64,000 nt of DNA from Lingula anatina (taxonomy: Eukaryota; Animalia; Brachiopoda), in NCBI GenBank assembly GCA_051362555.1, contig CM120648.1:12086587-12150586 (forward strand). Reading direction: 5' to 3'. Position 1 is the first letter of the stretch; each line of letters opens with the position of its first letter. Shown piece by piece: positions 1 through 12,517 of the stretch. Position numbers and translations under genes: made by a program. The notes below the pieces were generated by a model, which did not search any database, had not been told where the DNA came from, and saw only the letters and a program-made list of their open reading frames with translations.

Positions 1-139
1 TTCTGTCTAATATATGATTTTCCTTAACTAGGATTATGTAATTCTTTAAAAGATCGTTTAATGCATAAAATGCATTTATGCCCCACAGTTTTTGTTTAAG
101 ACCGCACCCACCTCACTCACATACATTTATCTATTGCAG

Positions 140-1077
140 AAGTGACAGCGCCCCCTGCAAACAGTGTGGTTGACCAGCCAAAGATGCAGCGAGATGGGAC
201 TAAAGCAGGCTGCCGGGTTGGGGAGAGTTACTACGAGAACGGTGCGGAGTGGAACCCGAGGGTACACTCGCTGGGGGCCATTAAGTGTGTGACGTGTAAA
301 TGCAAGGTATGTTTGTGTATTGTTCGGTCAATTTTGGCAGTTTACTGTGATTTTAGGTGAAGCGGGGGGGGGGGGGGGGGGGGGGGGGGTTATAACAATA
401 CCCCCTTCCTCACCCCCGCCGGCCATCACTTTTTATTTGGCGATTTTATGATATGTGTGATTTTATGATTCGACTTTCGACTTTAATATTGATGTAAACT
501 TAACCCACAATGATGTGCATTTGGTTATAAAGCTGATAATTGTTTGGAGTTAGTGAGTTATTTGTTTTTTTTTCTTTAACGTGATATTCTTGCTCAATCA
601 TAAGTTAAACAGGTTTGTGTTTTTCTCGTATTTTCTAAGGTGAATAAATTAATCCTGTTTTTACAGAATGGAAATGCGAAATGCAGGCGGCCAAGATGTC
701 CAAAACTTTCTTGTAGGCGAAAGAAGAAGGTAGAAGGCTCGTGCTGTAGAGTTTGCTCAGGTACGCCAACTATCGTGAAAAATTGTAAATTACGCTATAA
801 CTTCTGTTACGTATCTTATTATCTTTAAGAATTTCGCCATGAGGGAAGTTTCATTCAAGGCCATAGTTTTATTAATTGTTGGGTATATTTTGTGTAAAAA
901 CAGTGTCAAAACTTATTTTGTTTTAGTTAAGATGTACCTTTCTGAATCTGTAGCGTTTATTTATTTTGAACTTCTTATGAAATTTCCATTTTATTTATTA
1001 CAGAAGACCAGTCTCCTAGGCGAGGGAGGAGAAGAAAGAACAGAAGAAAGTCTTCAAGACAACAATCTACACAATAA
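140..1077 (+). CDS. CHRD: Chordin/Sog, 3' end (last three exons; CR4 VWC domain plus basic tail); gene begins upstream of the window
   Basis: Exons 140-306, 667-760 and 1004-1077, all AG/GT bounded and phase-compatible. Splice product: EVTAPPANSVVDQPKMQRDGTKAGCRVGESYYENGAEWNPRVHSLGAIKCVTCKCK/NGNAKCRRPRCPKLSCRRKKKVEGSCCRVCS/EDQSPRRGRRRKNRRKSSRQQSTQ*. The 10-Cys VWC pattern and the 'MQxDG..GC..G....WxP....G...C.TC.C' signature match chordin CR4 as recalled (human PMQADGPRGCRFAG...WHPSVPPFGEMSCITCRC). Confidence 0.88.
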
Positions 1078-2650
1078 AATAACATGTAATCGAAACTAGC
1101 AACGGAGAGAGAGAGAGGACTCTAGTTTATGAAGCCAGAACAAGATTCTCCCAAATACAGTCGTCTCGCTGTTGAAGTGACCGTCATGTTGAGACCTTTG
1201 AGCAGGAGCGTAGCAGCTTTTCTTATTTTTTGAAGCACTCTTATCTGCGTTTGAGAAAAACAAATGAAACAGCAGTCGATCCTCTTGGCTTATGTTGCCC
1301 CGCTTCGCTGTGCAGTACGTAGTACTCGCTGATCTGCCTCTTCCTGCCCTAAAACGCTGCTGACGTATGGACTTGGTGCACACTTACAAGCGATTACGTG
1401 TACTGTGCGTTTTGATGACGGAAACAAATTTGGGTTAAATCGCCCATAAAATTCACAGATTCACTTGGGGTGCAAAAACAAGGACGCTCAAGGCGCAGTA
1501 ACGGAGTTTTCCTATTGTTAGACGTTCCAAGTTATAATTACGAACTTGAAATAAAAAAGGATGGATCCAAAAGTCGTAATATGATTGGATGCCCAAAAGG
1601 TGACCATGTTTATTATAAGCGATTGCACACAATTGGTCAAACCGGTTGTTGTGTTCACGGACGCAAGAACAATTGAATGGTGTCGATTTAATATAATTGC
1701 AACTGCTTCAGTGAATGTTTTCAGTTGCGCTTAGATAGATATGATTTTGCATTTATGATATAAGTAACAGTTGCGAGAAATTATCTATAGTCGCACTATG
1801 TTATGGCCAGGTCTTGCCAATGAAGCATAATTTGAAGCAGTTACACTGCAACTTGTAAAATATTGCTGTACATATGTTAAAGTTGTATAGAAGAATTTAC
1901 GTGTGTTATTTATATGTCGGTAAAGACGGTTGTATATATGAATGGCAAAGGATGATAAGTAAGCAATTCGCAATGAATGAACAAATTAACATGACACACG
2001 TTTTTTCCATGAAATAGAATGTTAATGTTCCGACTATCTCAAAAATACAGATGGATGCTGCAATGCCTTTTAAGGGTAATCGGCAAAAGTGCATTACGTA
2101 TTTAGTAAAAGTGATCTATTACTTGCTCACCTAGATTTTGTAACTGATAAAATGCAAAATAACTGGTACGTGAGAATAATTTTGGTCAGACATGACGTTG
2201 TACATGGTTTGCAAAAATAGGTTTCCAAACGGAGAAGTGTTGACTGTCAGCTATCGTATTCAAACATCACGTGTAGTTCAACAGTGTGCCACGGTTCGTC
2301 ACATGATTTGTTGTCATTTACTGCTTCGCCCACAGGACGCTCTGAGATGTACTTTTAAAAAAGGTATTAACTGCTAACACATTTCACATATTGTATATAA
2401 CTTGCAAATGCTATGTACATAATCCGAAGCCTTACTATGTGTTCACTCGCGATCGTTTTGATCATCCCTGTTGCGCAAGAAAAATAAAAAAGGTGACAAA
2501 GACAAATTAAAAGGGTGATTTGTTTTCGTTTTGTATAACTTACTGTTTGCGTAGATGCAGCAGTTTTCAACTGCTGACCCATCCACAGGAGGGGGGGCTA
2601 CATTAATTTTGCCAGTCCCCCGACCCCCCCCCCCCCCACCCTTCTCGCAA

Positions 2651-4850
2651 TTTTTATGTACAGACACAGATGTGTCTGTACATATTGCCATCACCTGCGT
2701 CTGTCGTCGCCGTCCCTGTCGCCGTCGATGTCGCCGTCGCCGTCGCCGTGCACTTTCATCGTTAACACGATAAGTGGAAGACAGTTTTACTTTTTGGCTT
2801 TATATTTACATAGCTGATGAATATTCATAAAACGCAGGTCAAGTTCGAAAATCAGCATGTTTGGGCAATTATTGTAGTATTTATGCTGTGTTTTCACTTT
2901 TTAGCATATATGCAACACTGTTAACACATTTCAAGGAAAACCGATAGGCCTGTTGTCATGAAACTCACAGGAGTAATTAATCTTACTAAAACGCAGATCA
3001 AGTTCGAAAATCGGCATGATCGGGCCACTATTTTAGTAGTTATGCTGTTTTTTTCACTTTTCAGCATATGTGCAACACTGTTAACACATTTCAAGGAAAA
3101 CCGATAGACCTGTTGTCATGCAACTCACAGGAGTAATTAATCTTACTAAAATGCAGGTCAAGTTCGAAAATCAGCATAATCGGGCCATTATTTTATAAGT
3201 TATGCTGTTTTTAAACATTTCCTCAGATTCAATTCTTAGGCATGTTAACAGTCTCATTATTTAACTAATAAGATTCGTAAAAGTGTTTGTTTGACATTTC
3301 CTGCATCTTTACAACATTGTTAGTTGATTATGTAAAAATGATGGTAAACTTGTTATCATGTATTGTATAATAGAGTTTCAAAAATGGAAATAAACTCATA
3401 TCATTGCAGTTTGTCAGATTCATTCATTCACTATGTTCAGAAACTCAGAATGGAGGAAATTGGACATTAAACACTGTTCTATTGATATTTTTCCCATCTC
3501 ATCAATTTTCTTAGTTGATCATATATAAATGGCAGTAAACTGTTAATTTTGTTATATGTTAAAAAATTGTTAAAAATGGAAAAAAACACATTTCAGGACA
3601 GTGCTGTCTTGTCTACATTTTGGCATTTTCAAGGTGTGACTTTGAAGTTCCTTTGGCCTGAAGACCTTTGCTAGGAACATTTTCTGAATATCCATGATAC
3701 TAATATTTTATTATTAAAAGTTGATGGTAATTATCCTGTTAAACATTATGTAATAGTGCATCAAAATTTGAAGACACCCCTATTTTGGACACTGCTCCCA
3801 TGATGACCATTTAAGGAAAACCATGTCACTTACTGTTCTCAAACTTACAGGAAGAAACATGGGACTTAAATAAAGCTTCAGTGGGCAATGCACACTATTT
3901 GGTAAATTTTTCTGGCAGTTAATCAGTTTTTTGTGAAAATTTAATTTTTCACATTGGCATTTTCAAGGTGTGACTTAGAACCTCCACGGGCTTGAAGACC
4001 CATGCTAATCACATTTTCTGAAAATCCACGATACGGATCTTTTATTATTAAAAACTGATGGTCATTATGCTGTTAAGCATTATGTAATATTGCATTAAAA
4101 TAGAAGAAAACACAATTTTGGGTGCTGCTGCCATGATGACCATTATGGGAAAACCATGTTACTTATGATTGTCAAACTTTCAAAAAAGAAACAAAGGACT
4201 AAAATGCAGCCTGAGTTGGAAAAGCAGTCTAATTGGCTTCTTTTTCTGGAAGTTATACATTTTAGTGAAATATTCATTTTTATCATGTTGGCATATTCAT
4301 TGTGGGACTCGAAGCTCCCATGGACATGAAGCCAAATGGTAATCAAATTTTCTACATGTCCATGCTATTTATAGTCAATAATCAAAAATTGGTGATAATT
4401 ATTCTGTAATTTATTATGTAATGTTACATCAAAATTGACAAAAATCTTTTTGCACTGCTACTACAAACATTATGAAGAGAAAAATATGTTACTTATTATT
4501 ATTTTCAACTTACAAGTATGATTTGTAGGATTGGCATGCAGTTCAAATTAGAAAGCCAGCTCAAATGGGTTATCATTTATTATTGAATTTAAGCAGTTTT
4601 ATGTGAAATTTTCATTTTTCTCATTCTGGCATTTTCAAAGTGTGAACTTAAACTCCCATGGGCCTGAAGCCTTACGCTTGTTACACATTTCACTTACATT
4701 GGTATTACCTGTTGAGCATAATTAAAATTTGATGTTGAATTTGCAGTTAAGCATAATGTACTTTTGCATCAGAATTGACAGTAGCCTGTTTTGTGCATTG
4801 TTATTGTCTGCTTTTTGTCTGTACATTTGACAGCTTTGCTGCCTTGTTTT
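2651..4850 (+). mobile_element. Non-autonomous Helentron-associated element (HINE/DINE-1-like) with internal tandem repeats
   Basis: T-run, then a perfect 14-bp hairpin TATGTACAGACACA-ga-TGTGTCTGTACATA (2655-2684) and a (CGTCGC)n microsatellite (~2697-2750). Internal ~160-bp tandem units and degenerate ~335-bp units follow. The 3' subTIR TGTCTGTACAT (4816-4826) is followed by a short stem-loop CAGC-ttt-GCTG and a T-run, the canonical HINE architecture. Confidence 0.75.
2828..3212. repeat. ~160-bp tandem repeat (~2.4 copies) inside the HINE
   Basis: A(C/T)GCAG(G/A)TCAAGTTCGAAAATC(A/G)GCAT recurs at ~2831, ~2990 and ~3150 with near-identical intervening sequence. Confidence 0.85.
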
Positions 4851-5730
4851 TCTTTTTTTTTAGTATTTTTTCTAAATGGTTAACCCCCTTCCCCTTTCCA
4901 CACACATACTTTCTATGCACCTGGGGAAGTGTAACACTAAGGGGGAAAATATAGACTTCGCTTATGCCGATGGGCTGTTCGAGGATCAACATGAGAGTTT
5001 GCTCGGAGTCCCGGAGTGCTTTTAATGAGGGGTTTTTGTGTCCCTCCTTCTGTTTTTGTGAAATTAAAGTCGTCTGACTGGTTCTGAATCACGTTCCTCG
5101 CTTCCGCGACAATCTGATTGAATACCGTCTGCTGCATTGTCCCTTACGGGGCTCTGTGATAAGGTGTCGTCTGTGCGTGACTAACCCGCCAAAACGTATT
5201 ATCGTCAAGACATATATTCTATTCAAGTGAAAAATCTTTTAACCCGATTCAGCCACTATAACGTCAATATTTTGTAGGAAAATAATCGCCTTTTGGATTA
5301 ATTTTATTCCAAAATGCATATAATAGCTCAATTTTTGATTTTAATTTAAAGACATCCATTTCGGAGATATCACGAAGCAAAGAGCTGACCGATATGTCAA
5401 AGATGTCTGCCACGGTGATTTAGTAAGGGATAAGAATATTAGTTATACATTATATAATATCGTGTAGTGGTCTCAGACTATTACAATCGAATTACTTTAA
5501 CACTCACATCTCGTCCGGAGGCTAAGGCTATAGGAGTATATTAACTGCATTAGTAAATAATTTTAAAACTTAGCAGGGGGAAGTAAATATATGAGTAGGC
5601 CCTAAATGTCTATCAGTATTTGTAAAAGGATACCTTATTGAGCTTACTCGACTTTTATAATCAAGACGTGTTTGGGGGAAAAAAAGAAAAAAATTGGTTT
5701 GGAAGTGAACGCTTGTTTGCACAATATACC

Positions 5731-5785
5731 TACCCTCTACCAGGGCGACTGATAGATTTTTTACAAATATTCACAGATATGTCTC

Positions 5786-5818
<33 letters not shown>

Positions 5819-5922
5819 GGTCATTTTGGATCTAAGTCTTGGAACCAAATGGCCATCTATCTATCTAGAGACATATCTGTGAATATCTGTAAAAAATCTA
5901 TCAGTCGCCCTGGTAGAGGGTA
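5731..5922. mobile_element. Foldback MITE, Mutator-like (9-bp TSD)
   Basis: Near-perfect palindrome TACCCTCTACCAGGGCGACTGATAGATTTTTTAC...GTAAAAAATCTATCAGTCGCCCTGGTAGAGGGTA with internal (GATA)n. Flanked by the 9-bp direct repeat CAATATACC (5722-5730 and 5923-5931). Confidence 0.85.
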
Positions 5923-6064
5923 CAATATACCTGTGATATCCTTATCACAATCTATTACATCTTTAATGCCTTTAGTAGTTGATCTCATTTGGGGATGGGT
6001 CAAAGTATATCTAAATTGCAAATTTTAGGTTTTAATTGCATCACTAATACCTTATATTTGCACA

Positions 6065-6095
<31 letters not shown>

Positions 6096-7442
6096 GTATA
6101 CACTGCCTCCCGCTATTGTTAACCACAATAGATGTCATCAAATAGACTACGCCTTCAAAACGCATCGCTAGATACCTTATTACAGCGGCAATAAAAATAA
6201 ACGCATCTGTCTCAACACGTACTTTTTTATATTTTATTTCATGTTAACAAATTCATGAACTTTTGTCTCATAAATCATCGTAATATGACTATTCCAGTAT
6301 GAATTGTCATATATATGCCGAATACTAGACATAGCGCAAGGCACAGGGTAGCACAGAAATAGGGATTTTATTTAGGGGATGACAACAGGATTATTTTAAT
6401 ATAAATCACTGCGATCGGAAAATAAAAAGCAGTAGAATGGGTCAATTTTACTTAAACGAAGATGCATGTCACGGGATTGTTATATCTTTGTTGCTGTTTT
6501 AGATTGTTTAAATGAGAGAGGAGGAGGGGGAGGAGGGAAAGGAGAGAGAGGAGGGGGTACAGAGGTGGAGGGGGAGGGAGGGAAGAGGAGGGTGAGGAGG
6601 AAAGTGAGGAAAGGAGGGGTGAGGAAGGGAGGAGGCGGGGGTGAGGAGAGTGAAGAAGGGGTACCTCAAGGGTTAAAAGAGGGGTAATGTGCGCAGTGAC
6701 CTCCCCTGGATGCGTTATAGTCTGCTATTATATTGAGAAGAGCAAAGTGTCATGGGGGCGTTCCAGAAAGACGTGGGAATAAAGAGACACGAGTGATAGA
6801 GAATGTGTCGCACCATTAAACGGGACCTTGCGTGATGTTAAAGCCCACAGCACGAGACACAAAGACACATTTCAAAGAGCCACACGAAACTATGCAAGTC
6901 AACTAGTTATGTCTATAGACACAAGCAAATCAAGTCAACGTCTTGACTTAACCGGTGCAATAACACAACAATCTCATGTCAACACGATAAATTGTTGTAC
7001 CGAAGGGAAGAAAGTCGGGTTTAGTCAAGTTAGTCTGTGGTGGAACGCCGGGCTGAGCGCTGTGTAAACGTGGCTGTTTATTTTGGGGGAGTAATTTGAA
7101 AGAAGACCAGATCGTCTGAAGATTACGGGTCGCCGGAGCAGACATTACAGTCAAGTTGCAGAAGAGAGCGCTCTGTGAGTTGAAGTAGGTGAGGGTAGTG
7201 GAAGGCGGCGAGGAACCACCCCAGATTTTTGGGCATAGACGGAGGAAAACTGACGGTTTCGGACAGGGGTATCACCCGGAACAGCGCCATTGTTTCCATA
7301 GGTTTCTTATTGAGGTGATCTGAGGTGTAATTTGATAAAAAGGACAAAGAAGAAAAACGAACGCTGCGGGAAGAGGGATTATCATTCAGGCATTGTTGGA
7401 GTGATTCAAATCAATGTAGACGCAGACGACGCAGAAAACGCA

Positions 7443-8164
7443 ATGAACAACGTTGTCCTTTTCAGCGCGTTTCTCGTGCTTCTTCACCTGTCGTCTGCTA
7501 AAGAGACTGGGAGAGAGTTGTCGTCTGCAAGGGATGAGTCGGTGAAGGAAAAAGAATTTTGGCTAGAGGAAGAGGTAAGATGCTATTATTAAAGAAAAGA
7601 AAAATTGTGGAGCTTTATGATTCATTCTGTTTGGGGCGGAGAAAATAAGAATTTATACCTTCGGCTTCTTATCTCATTGCTCACTTGACCCGATTCAGGT
7701 TTTTATCTTTTCTCTAATTTGGGCGCACGGTCTCCATTTATATCCGCATTCATCTTTCTCTCTCTCTCTCTCTCTCTCTCATCTGCTATGAAAAATTTTC
7801 GTAATTTTGACATTTTCTCTTTCCCTCTGAAGGCATTGTAAAAAGTAAAAATGGCAGAAGGCATATAATATAACACAATATAAATATACACAGTTTAAAC
7901 AGCCAAAACCACCGATGAGTAAATGAACCCTGAGTATGCGACAGAAGTATGCACAGCATTTGCTAACAAGTATTTCGTTTCAAACCATCGCTCAAAAACC
8001 TTGTTTTTAAATCCTAACAAAAACATACTGCGGGATGGAGAGGATGGTGGTTTTAGCTTTATTAAAACATACCATTAAACCAAACTCGGATAGATTGGGT
8101 CCGAGATATGAAAATATAGATCTAGAGGCGGGCTGAAGGTTTTAACAGTGCACTAGGGCAAGGG

Positions 8165-8220
<56 letters not shown>

Positions 8221-8478
8221 GGGGGAGGGCATTTTGAGGTTCAATTTTTTGTGGGTGGATAGACTTTTCCAGTAATCATGCATAACCATTAAAATCAACG
8301 ACATTATTTTATTTTAACTTGGATACTTTTTTTACAAAGTGGAATTAAATTAATGAACTTTTATAAACTGATGCTAATGTTGTGAGGGATGATAGGTAAA
8401 CAGGGATCGGCTAGAAATAAATTTTCAAAATCTGAAAAAAAAAATACTGACAAGTAAGCACCTGCTATCCTTTATAGA

Positions 8479-8537
<59 letters not shown>

Positions 8538-11500
8538 ATTTTTCTTTTTATTCACCCTCGCTTCATATCTGTTAAATAAGAATTATATAGCGCATTTACT
8601 TTCCATTCGTTACAACAGATGAGCCGCTATATATAATACACAGGGGCGGCTCTAGGAATATTCGAAGGGGGAGTCCCCGTTGGCGTGGCGTTCGGGGCCC
8701 GCTAAAGGGCCCCGAAAATGTTTTGGTATTTCAGAAGGTGAACGAAGCCATTTGGTATGGTTTAGAACTATACATCAGTTCGTCAAAATTCTAATTTCAA
8801 GAGGGAAAAATTAGTGTAATTTTTTCAGAGACTAAAGGGGAGGGGGTCAAGACCTCCTGACCCCCCCTCTAAATCCACCACTGAATAAAATTAATGTTCA
8901 GATTGAGAAGTAGGCATTTACAGCACATGAACCTAAAATTAGCTCTTCTATGCCGCGGTCGTCCAATATTTGCATTTCAATAATCTAAGATAAATTATTT
9001 GACTGTATTTTGAATATTAAATCATTCAGGATGTAGAGTCCATGCAAGGAGACAGTCCATGGAAAACGTTAACTTCTTGCCCAAAAGTCTGGGGACAGGC
9101 CGCTAGAGGGCCCTGCCAAGCAAGACAATGCCGACTGGATACCGAGTGTGGACAGTTTAGTCAGAAATGCTGTTTCAACGGTTGTGTGCGTACTTGTATG
9201 TACGTGACTCCACCTATCGGTAGGTAAAGTTATCTAAAGTTTTTGAAACTTTTATACTTAATTTTAAATTATTTTCGTTTAAAAAATAATCCACGGTAGC
9301 AAGAAATTATATCTCCTTAAAAAGATTTCTTTAGAATGTTTATCATTCGGTAAAATTAAGTTTCAAGCGATTGGGCGAATAAAGGGAGCTATAAAGTTAT
9401 ATTGGTCCAGTAGCGTACTAGACTGAACGAATGAATTCATATATGAATAACAGGCCCGTAGCCAGCAATTTAGAGGGAGGGGGTCGTTTTCTGAAAAAGT
9501 GGACCTTTTACCATAAAATCCTCAAGTACATAGATCAAATTGTACCCAGTGTGGACCTTTTCCCAGCAAAAAGGGTGGTTCTTTCGAACCCCCCAAACCC
9601 CCCTGGCTACGTGCCTGAATAAGGTAAAATAAACACTAAGGTAAATCACGATCGGTATCTGTCTGGTGGAACAATCCATACAGTCATCCCCCCCCCCCCC
9701 CCCCCCCCACAAATGAAATCGGCACCCATTTTGCCGCATTTCGTACCCATCTTTTGGCTAAAAAGCACATACAGTAGACACTGCACGTCTTGCCAACTTA
9801 TATCTCATCTCTAGCCGTTCATGTTTGAAATGAAATTGAATTGAATCTTCGCCCGATCAGATTTCCCGGTGTGTCTCCGTTCACTGTACAATCTGACGTA
9901 ATACCACTTTCTGTTGTAGTTGTAGACTGGGTGAAAGCGCCGAGGAAACAGAAGAACACGGGAACAGGTCAGTAACAGATTAATTAATTAATGAGTGGGT
10001 GGGTGGGTGAGTGAGAGAGCGAATGATTGAATGAACGAACGAATGAACAACAAACAAGCAAATAAATAAATTAATAAATAAATAAATAAATAAATAAATA
10101 AACATTTAGAGGTCACACTTACAGTGAACTTTCTTCATCTACACTATTTGACATTTTAACTTAAAATTATCAAAATTAAATTATATTACATTATATACTT
10201 GTAGGGCTCTCGTGGCTTGTGCCGACCATGGAGGACGAGCAGGAACTGGGTATGTCTTTGAAAACTTTATGAAATTAGAAATTAAAATAGGTAGTTACTA
10301 GTACCTAAATTAATTGTATTTATGCCCTCTGTCCCAAATTTCTGGGAAAACAAAGAGACGTCTGTGTGGTGTATTCTTACAGCAGAATATTTGAAAACTT
10401 TGTTGGTGTTAGCGTGAAAGAGAAAACCAGGTTGTGATATGTTTGTGCTTTTTTAAAAGATTATAAAATGAAAGAGCTGGCGGTCGGAAGATCTACCATA
10501 TTACTAAGGGAGGTGGTGTGGGGAGAGGCAAATGGATAAAGCATTGTTTCGATTTGTTTTGACACGATTTACGTGTGAAATAAAGAATAAAAATGTTTCT
10601 AAAAACGAAGCTGTAGGGTAGGAGTAGGGAAGGGGTATCCTCATAGCCGCCAACCTGGCTTCCCCATTGGGTGGATTTAAACCAATAGGATTTCGCGTTA
10701 TATTTCAGAAGAGGAGCCTTGTAGTACGTCCGTGACGGGAGACGAGGAGCCCCTTCTCTGCCCTCACGGCTATGTGTGTCATATTGTGGAGGCTGGAAAC
10801 CCAGACAAAGGGGTGCCCAACAGTGGAGTATGTAAAAAAATTGACAGAAAAGGTAAGTTCGATTGTGAGGCATGGTATCCTCTGTCACAGCTACCACACT
10901 GGTGCTTGCACTTCGAGGTTGAGATTGAGGCGGAGTCAATTTTGAACCGAACAAGGTGGTCTTCATATAGTTATATATTTCAAAATGTCTAATATGGCAT
11001 TCGAAACTTAAGATTACAAAACGAGCCAAAAATCCGCTTACTGCCTTTTTCTTCTGTCTTTGAACTGTGCCTCAATAGAAAAGTGCCACTGCTTGGCATT
11101 GACACATACATTCAGCTATGACATCTAATGTGGGCTAATGGTTGGTATAACTTTTTTACATTATAATACCAAGTAAAATAAAATACCAAGTCAGCTCCAT
11201 GTAGTAGGCCACTGGTTCTAGCCGTCTAAAGTTTCGACTTCTGTGAACGTGTCCTTGCCTTAGGAGATGTATCCTTAGTAATGGTCATTTCCCTTCCAGA
11301 CCGACCAACCTCTAATCACCACCACCACCGTGGACACGGAAAGTGCAGTATTAACGGGGACAATTATCACCACGGCGATTCCTTCTTCTACCAAACGTAT
11401 AAATGGTAACTGACAATTATAAATTATATTTAATTTATTTCGTTGTATTTTTATTTATTTTTCTGCAATAGCATACAATATGTTCACAAGTTATAAAAAA

Positions 11501-11842
11501 ATTATATTACACTTGCTTCCAGCTGATTTTTTTTTTATCTAGTCACCATTTATTCATAGAACGTTAGTTTTCGTTTCATGTTCATATGTGGGCCATTTTC
11601 AACCCACGAGTACCTTATGTTCACGTTAATGGAGTAGCCGGGGCCATTCCGCCTCAAGTCTCACTCAAAGGCTACTATAGCAAAAAGAATCGACGTCCGG
11701 AGAAGCAAGATAGAAAAAGCGTGTAAATGAATACATACTACATTTAAGCCAAAACCAGTTAAGTTATATCATATAAAGAATGTTAATAAATCGTTTCAGT
11801 ACATGTCGCCATGGAAGAATTCAGTGCGAGGACCAAAAATAA
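7443..11842 (+). CDS. WFDC1: WAP four-disulfide core domain protein 1 (ps20) orthologue, secreted, ~235 aa, with an extra C-terminal Cys module
   Basis: Exons 7443-7574, 9030-9219, 9920-9967, 10205-10249, 10709-10852, 11300-11405 and 11800-11842 total 708 nt, in frame. Signal peptide MNNVVLFSAFLVLLHLSSA; WAP domain CPK..CQARQCRLDTECGQFSQKCCFNGCVRTC. Then VVDWVKAP..GLSWLV..EEPCSTSVTGDEEPLLCPHGYVCHIVEAGNPDKGVPNSGVC, matching the WFDC1-specific segment as recalled (human VLDWLVQP..GWLL..EACSTTEDGAEPLLCPSGYECHILSPGDVAEGIPNRGQC). Confidence 0.9.
8641..8883. mobile_element. Degenerate CAG-terminal MITE (hAT-like)
   Basis: Imperfect termini CAGGGGCGGCTCTAG ... CTAAATCCACCACTG; flanks AATACA and AATAAA form an imperfect TSD. 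Confidence 0.45.
9451..9617. mobile_element. CAGGCCCGTAGCC MITE with 5-bp TSD (hAT5-like), copy 1
   Basis: TIRs CAGGCCCGTAGCCAG / CTGGCTACGTGCCTG; TSD AATAA at 9446-9450 and 9618-9622. Body is a reverse-complement homologue of 35238-35406. Confidence 0.75.
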
Positions 11843-12369
11843 AGTATCGGAAAAGACGTCACTCTTGCCCACCAAACTGTCACATGGGTTTTAACGCGTG
11901 GTGAGCGGACTTTGAAATACTTCAAGCAAAAGTTACTTGGAGGAAGTGAAAAATATTTATTGAAGTGACTTTTTTGACTGATTGATACTCAAACAATGCA
12001 GTGTATAGGTTGTTGTTCATTTAAAGTAGAATTTATATATTAAGACCCCCCATGTCGGTACCAAGATAAACCGTTACAAGTTACCTGTGAACACGACTTC
12101 AGAGCCACCCAGAATAATGAGCACAATTGCGTTAGTTTTGACGTTGGGTGAGATGCAGCGCAATCTGACTTTCATTTCTGTCTATCTTTCATCATTTTAA
12201 TTAAAATACTCATAAAAAGTTCGTTTTCTGTGTGATTTTAATCAATTGTACTAAGAAGAAATAAACGATCGCAGGAGATGATGTTTGCCGGTATGTCTCA
12301 ATTCAGTATCTTTGATCGGCCTTAATTTGTGCATTTGTCAAAACAAGTCGCTGGCTTTATGAGAGTATC

Positions 12370-12517
12370 CCGGTGTAACGTGACAGAGAGTCACCCATGA
12401 TAGAGTCCGCTTCCCATTCATTTGTATAGGTACACCTCGCTCTAGATTTTGGCCCACATAGGTCAGGCAAACCCTAACCATTATAACTCAACGGAGGTCG
12501 GACTTTCTGTGACACGG
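12370..12517. mobile_element. Probable small MITE remnant
   Basis: Imperfect terminal inverted repeats CCGGTGTAAC..GTGACAGAGAGTC / GACTTTCTGTGACACGG with an internal AACCCTAACC motif; no clear TSD. Confidence 0.35.

Noticed and set aside
6517-6685. G/A-rich tract giving a Gly/Glu/Arg ORF
   Set aside because: Low-complexity polypurine tract; G-quadruplex potential is generic in this poly-G-rich sequence.
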